NCBI GenBank assembly: GCA_963760935.1
Contig: CAVXFB010000002.1
Span: 54,716 to 118,715, forward strand
Origin: an uncultured Planctomycetaceae bacterium
GTDB lineage: Bacteria; Planctomycetota; Planctomycetia; Pirellulales; Thermoguttaceae
Length of the DNA: 64,000 bases
Reading direction: 5' to 3'
How positions within the stretch are numbered: the first letter of the stretch is position 1; every line of letters begins with the position of its first letter. The translations under genes were made by a program, and so were the position numbers. Below are positions 60,578 to 64,000 of this stretch, piece by piece. The notes beneath the pieces are model-generated. The model did not search any database, was not told the DNA's origin, and saw only the letters and a program-made list of their open reading frames with translations.

Positions 60578-61800
60578 CTAAGCTGTAGCTTCCGTCATCA
60601 CGTACGGTGCGTTCGAGAGCAGGATGCAAGACGGATGCCTTTGGACGAGCCGAACCAATTCGTCCGGCGCGGCCAATGGGATGATGTCCAACTCTTCGAC
60701 GACGCCTGCGTCGAGCCGGCTCAACAGATAGAGTTTGTGCTGTTCAAGAATGCGGGCGATCTGTGCGGCCGGCAATGCGTCGGCGGGCCGCTCCTTGCCC
60801 ATGTGCCGCAGGGCGGAATGTCGTGAGGAAGCGTGGGCCAGTCGTCGCAAGGCCGGCCCTGGACCGGCCGAAAGCTCGCAACACAGCGCGATCGCACCAT
60901 CTTCTTCAACATAGCGACCAGCCGCATCGAGCGCCCGGGCCAAGTTTTCCCACGTCTGCTGAGTGGCATCGCCTTCGATCGTGGCCACGACCAGGCTGGC
61001 GCGGTCGGCAGCGGGGCATTTCCAGACGTCCCGATACAGCTGCGCCCGCGCTGACGTACCAAGTCGCTTTGCCCGGCCAACACCGCCAGAGCGCGCCCGC
61101 CAGGACCGGGAACCAATTGGATTGTGAAGTTCAAGCCGAGCAGCCATGCGACGTGATCGACTTCGGCAGCCAACTCCCGTTTATGGGCGCCGTGCCCATT
61201 CAGGGTGCCAAGGCCGCGAAACTTCTGAATCGTCTTGGTGTCGGAAAAGGCGGGAAAGACCGAGCCATGAATGCCGAAGTAGCCCACGGCTTCCTCGGCA
61301 TGCAGGCATCCCACGGGCAGCACAACGTCGGCGTCGTGAATAGCCCTGTTAACGAGAATCGCTTCGCCCGCCTCATTGGCCGCAAGGTAAGCCAACTGCC
61401 GACGGTCGGCCGGGTCATGAGTCAGCAGCGTAACGCGGTCTCGCAGGACGGCGGGAAGCATGCGGCAAGGTTCTCCGGCCGCGACGCCGGGATTCGGTGC
61501 ACTCTGCAAAACGGTAATGCCGTCCGGATCGATGTCGGCATCGATCAACGCTTGAACAACCACCGCAATTACTCTCGCTACATCAGGAACGCCCTGCTCC
61601 ACGGCAAGCACGACGTGATCGGCGGGCGTAGTACAACGACAAAGCGGCGGATACTCGAGCGGCTCGTCGAGCGCGGCCCTCGTAGCAGCCACGAGATTGC
61701 CGAGCGGTTGCCGCGTCGGAACGCCGAACTCGCCCAGCGGATCGCCGTGGGTGAACTCTAGCTCCACTGTCGAGTTGTTGCCGTAACGCAGTACAGTCAT
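60578..61800 (-). pseudogene. LarA-like (lactate racemase N-terminal domain / DUF2088) protein, frame broken at ~61065-61078
   Basis: 61800..~61075 (MTVLRYGNNSTVELEF...VLPVGCLHAEEAVGYFGIHGSVFPAFSD...) continues in ORF 60578..61147 (...AKRLGTSARAQLYRDVWKCPAADRASLVVATIEGD...). The switch is at GCCGGGCAAAGCG. Confidence 0.65.
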
Positions 61801-61982
61801 TGAGTCAAATAGCACAAATAGGACGAATGGGCAAGAAGCCCGTAATTGCAGACTTCATTATCCCGACGTTTCAGCGTATGGTCAAGAAGTAGAGCTTTAC
61901 GTGGCGGACAGGTTCGCGAATAATGTGTGCCCAACATCTGCTACAATCAAAGAATCCACCGTTTTATGATAAGGATCCTGCG

Positions 61983-63254
61983 ATGCGACATGGTTCTCGG
62001 TTCAACATCGGTAGCCCGTTCCGGCGTGCTAGCATCGTAATCGGCTCGGTGGCGCTGGCATTGGCGCTCGGGTGCCAGAAGCCAACGTCAACGAATCCCG
62101 AAGAATCACAACCGACAGAGACGAAAACCGCAGCAACGGTGGTAAAGCCGGCGGCGCCGAAAGGCGACTCCGCACGCGAAGTGCTCCGCCGCATGATTGA
62201 CGCCTATCAAAAGGCATCGAGCTATTCCGATGAGGCGAAGTTGCGTTTGGTGGCCGAGGTGGGCAACGACAAGGTTTTCAACCAGACGATCGACATCGCC
62301 GTGGCCCTGGTTCGGCCAAATAAGTTGCACGTAACGGCCTATCAGGTGACGCTGGCCTGCAACGGAAAAACGCTACGCGCCGCGATTGCCAGCATTCCGA
62401 ACGAAGTGCTCGAAAAGCCGGCGCCGGCCAAAATCGACATGAGGGTGTTTCGCCGCGAGCCGCAACTGGCGATGAACATCGCCGATCTCGTCGGGTTGCC
62501 GCCCCAGTTGCTCTTGCTGCTGTCCGACGATCCGATGACCGGGCTGCTGCGAGAGGCCGAGGAACCCGAATTGGGCGACACAGGCCAGATCGCAGGACGC
62601 GATTGCTACCGGGTGAAGATCAAAGGTCCCGACGGCTCGGCCACGCTGTGGATTGACCAAGAGTCGCTCGTGCTCCGTCGCGTGGTATATCCGCCGGAAC
62701 TCTTGCGACAGTTGCTCGGCAACAATGCCCAGGCCGACAAATACTCGATCATCGCGGACTTTGCCAATGCCCAACTGAACGCGCCGGTTGATCCGAAAGC
62801 GTTTGAGTTTGAAATACCGCCGAAAGCGGAAATCGTCAAGTTCTTCGTGCCGCCGCATACGGCGCAATTACTAGGCAAACCGCTTCCCGATTTCGTCTTC
62901 CACGATCTCGACGGCAAGCCCATCACGCGGGAATCCCTAGCCGGAAAGGCCACCGTGTTGGACTTCTGGGCGACATGGTGCGGCTACTGCAAGCTGAGTT
63001 TGCCGGAACTGCAAAAGGTGTATCAATCCCGCAAGAACGATCCAGGAGTCGCGTTCTATGCAGTCAGCGTCGATGACCCTGAGGTAAGCAATAAGGAGTT
63101 GACCAAGGCATTCGAGGATCTGAAAGTCGACATTCCGATCCTTCGCGGCGATAAGAACGAGGTGGCGGCCGACCTGAAAGTAGGCGGCTACCCGACGACC
63201 CTTGTGGTCGACGCCAAGGGTATAGTGCAATACTACTTCCTTGGCGCAGGATGA
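61983..63254 (+). CDS. lipoprotein with C-terminal TlpA/ResA-type thioredoxin domain
   Basis: ATG at 61983. Lipobox ALALGC. Thioredoxin motif LDFWATWCGYCKLSLPEL, ...GYPTTLVVDAKG.... Confidence 0.8.
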   Translation: MRHGSRFNIGSPFRRASIVIGSVALALALGCQKPTSTNPEESQPTETKTAATVVKPAAPKGDSAREVLRRMIDAYQKASSYSDEAKLRLVAEVGNDKVFNQTIDIAVALVRPNKLHVTAYQVTLACNGKTLRAAIASIPNEVLEKPAPAKIDMRVFRREPQLAMNIADLVGLPPQLLLLLSDDPMTGLLREAEEPELGDTGQIAGRDCYRVKIKGPDGSATLWIDQESLVLRRVVYPPELLRQLLGNNAQADKYSIIADFANAQLNAPVDPKAFEFEIPPKAEIVKFFVPPHTAQLLGKPLPDFVFHDLDGKPITRESLAGKATVLDFWATWCGYCKLSLPELQKVYQSRKNDPGVAFYAVSVDDPEVSNKELTKAFEDLKVDIPILRGDKNEVAADLKVGGYPTTLVVDAKGIVQYYFLGAG

Positions 63255-64000
63255 AAAGCTGCCCGACGAGTTGCCGGAACTGCTCGACAAAGTGGTCGCC
63301 GGCAAGGACGTCTACCAGCCCTTGTTGAAACAATACGACGAGCAGCTCGATCGTTTGCGGGAATACGCCGAAAAACTCGACAAGATGGCGGACGAGCCTG
63401 TAGTCCGCGAGCAACAGATGCCCGAGACGAAGCCGGCGCCGCGAAGCGACCCGGCAACCATGAAGCTCACACAGCTATGGAATTCGACCGATCTGCGGTC
63501 GCCGGGCAACATCGTCGTGATCGCCGGCAAGGACGGCAAGCCGCATCTGGCGGTGGTCGAAAACTGGCGGTCCGTGGCCGAGGTCGGCCTCGACGGCAAG
63601 CTGATCGCCCTGCATAAGCTGGATATCGACGAAAAGGAAGCCGTGGGCAATCTTCGCACGGCGGTCGGCGCTGATGGGCGACGATATACGGTCGCTTGGA
63701 TGATCTCGCAGCAGCGATGCCACGTATTGGATGACAATTGGAACGTAGTGGCCAGCTATCCTGAAAACGCCCTGGAGAATCCACATAGCGGCATGGCCGA
63801 CGTCGAACTGGGTGATCTCGACGGTGACGGCAAGCTGAAAATATATATCGGCTATTGGGGCGTGGTGGGCGTGCAAGCGGCGTCGCTCGAAGGCAAGCGA
63901 CTCTGGAGCAACCGGTCATTGGCCCACGTGCTCGGGATGGCGATCGGTGCAGCCGACGACAAGGGCCGCCGCAACTTGTACTGCACTAACAGCAACGGAT
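63241..64000 (+). CDS. partial ORF (runs off the window) with an FG-GAP/VCBS-like motif; separate gene or frameshifted continuation of the TlpA-like gene
   Basis: Frame 1 is open from 63241 to the window end and is not in the supplied track because no stop is reached. ...AQDEKLPDELPELLDKVVAGKD...ADVELGDLDGDGKLKIYIGYWG.... First ATG in frame is at 63385. Confidence 0.55.
   Translation, partial: MAQDEKLPDELPELLDKVVAGKDVYQPLLKQYDEQLDRLREYAEKLDKMADEPVVREQQMPETKPAPRSDPATMKLTQLWNSTDLRSPGNIVVIAGKDGKPHLAVVENWRSVAEVGLDGKLIALHKLDIDEKEAVGNLRTAVGADGRRYTVAWMISQQRCHVLDDNWNVVASYPENALENPHSGMADVELGDLDGDGKLKIYIGYWGVVGVQAASLEGKRLWSNRSLAHVLGMAIGAADDKGRRNLYCTNSNG

Overview
High-GC bacterial chromosomal segment. 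Gene content, Tat-signal Gfo/Idh/MocA oxidoreductases and the repeat families look Planctomycetota-like, but that is inference only. Most of the window is housekeeping: greA, lysS, lolE/lolD, ilvE, dedA, aat, an MscK-like channel, tyrA, purSL and purQ, trpF, ahcY, and parA/parB with a perfect parS, which suggests an origin-proximal location. There are two tRNAs, Ala-CGC and Pro-TGG. Envelope and regulatory genes include two TMTC-like TPR/GT-C proteins, an ECF sigma/anti-sigma pair, a kinase-like protein, an HD-GYP protein, a cytochrome c peroxidase and tandem GNATs. Small accessory islets sit at both tRNAs. Next to tRNA-Ala is an AT-richer AbiEi-like/AbiEii pair. At tRNA-Pro there is a hicBA + DUF2283 islet, followed by an ECF-sigma module bracketed by ~180-bp direct repeats, with partial tRNA 3' copies as scars. 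The most unusual structure is a 330-bp array of four hand-verified perfect palindromes (32-68 bp) at 5977-6307. They share a GTAGTATATATACTAC-type core but have unrelated arms, and they lie directly upstream of the AbiEi-like gene. Short palindromic MITE-like elements sit inside the coding sequences of lysS and purL. At least nine frame interruptions occur in otherwise well-conserved genes, mostly at short homopolymer or GC-dinucleotide runs, so assembly indels must be excluded before calling pseudogenes. No rRNA, CRISPR array, integrase or intact transposase was seen.
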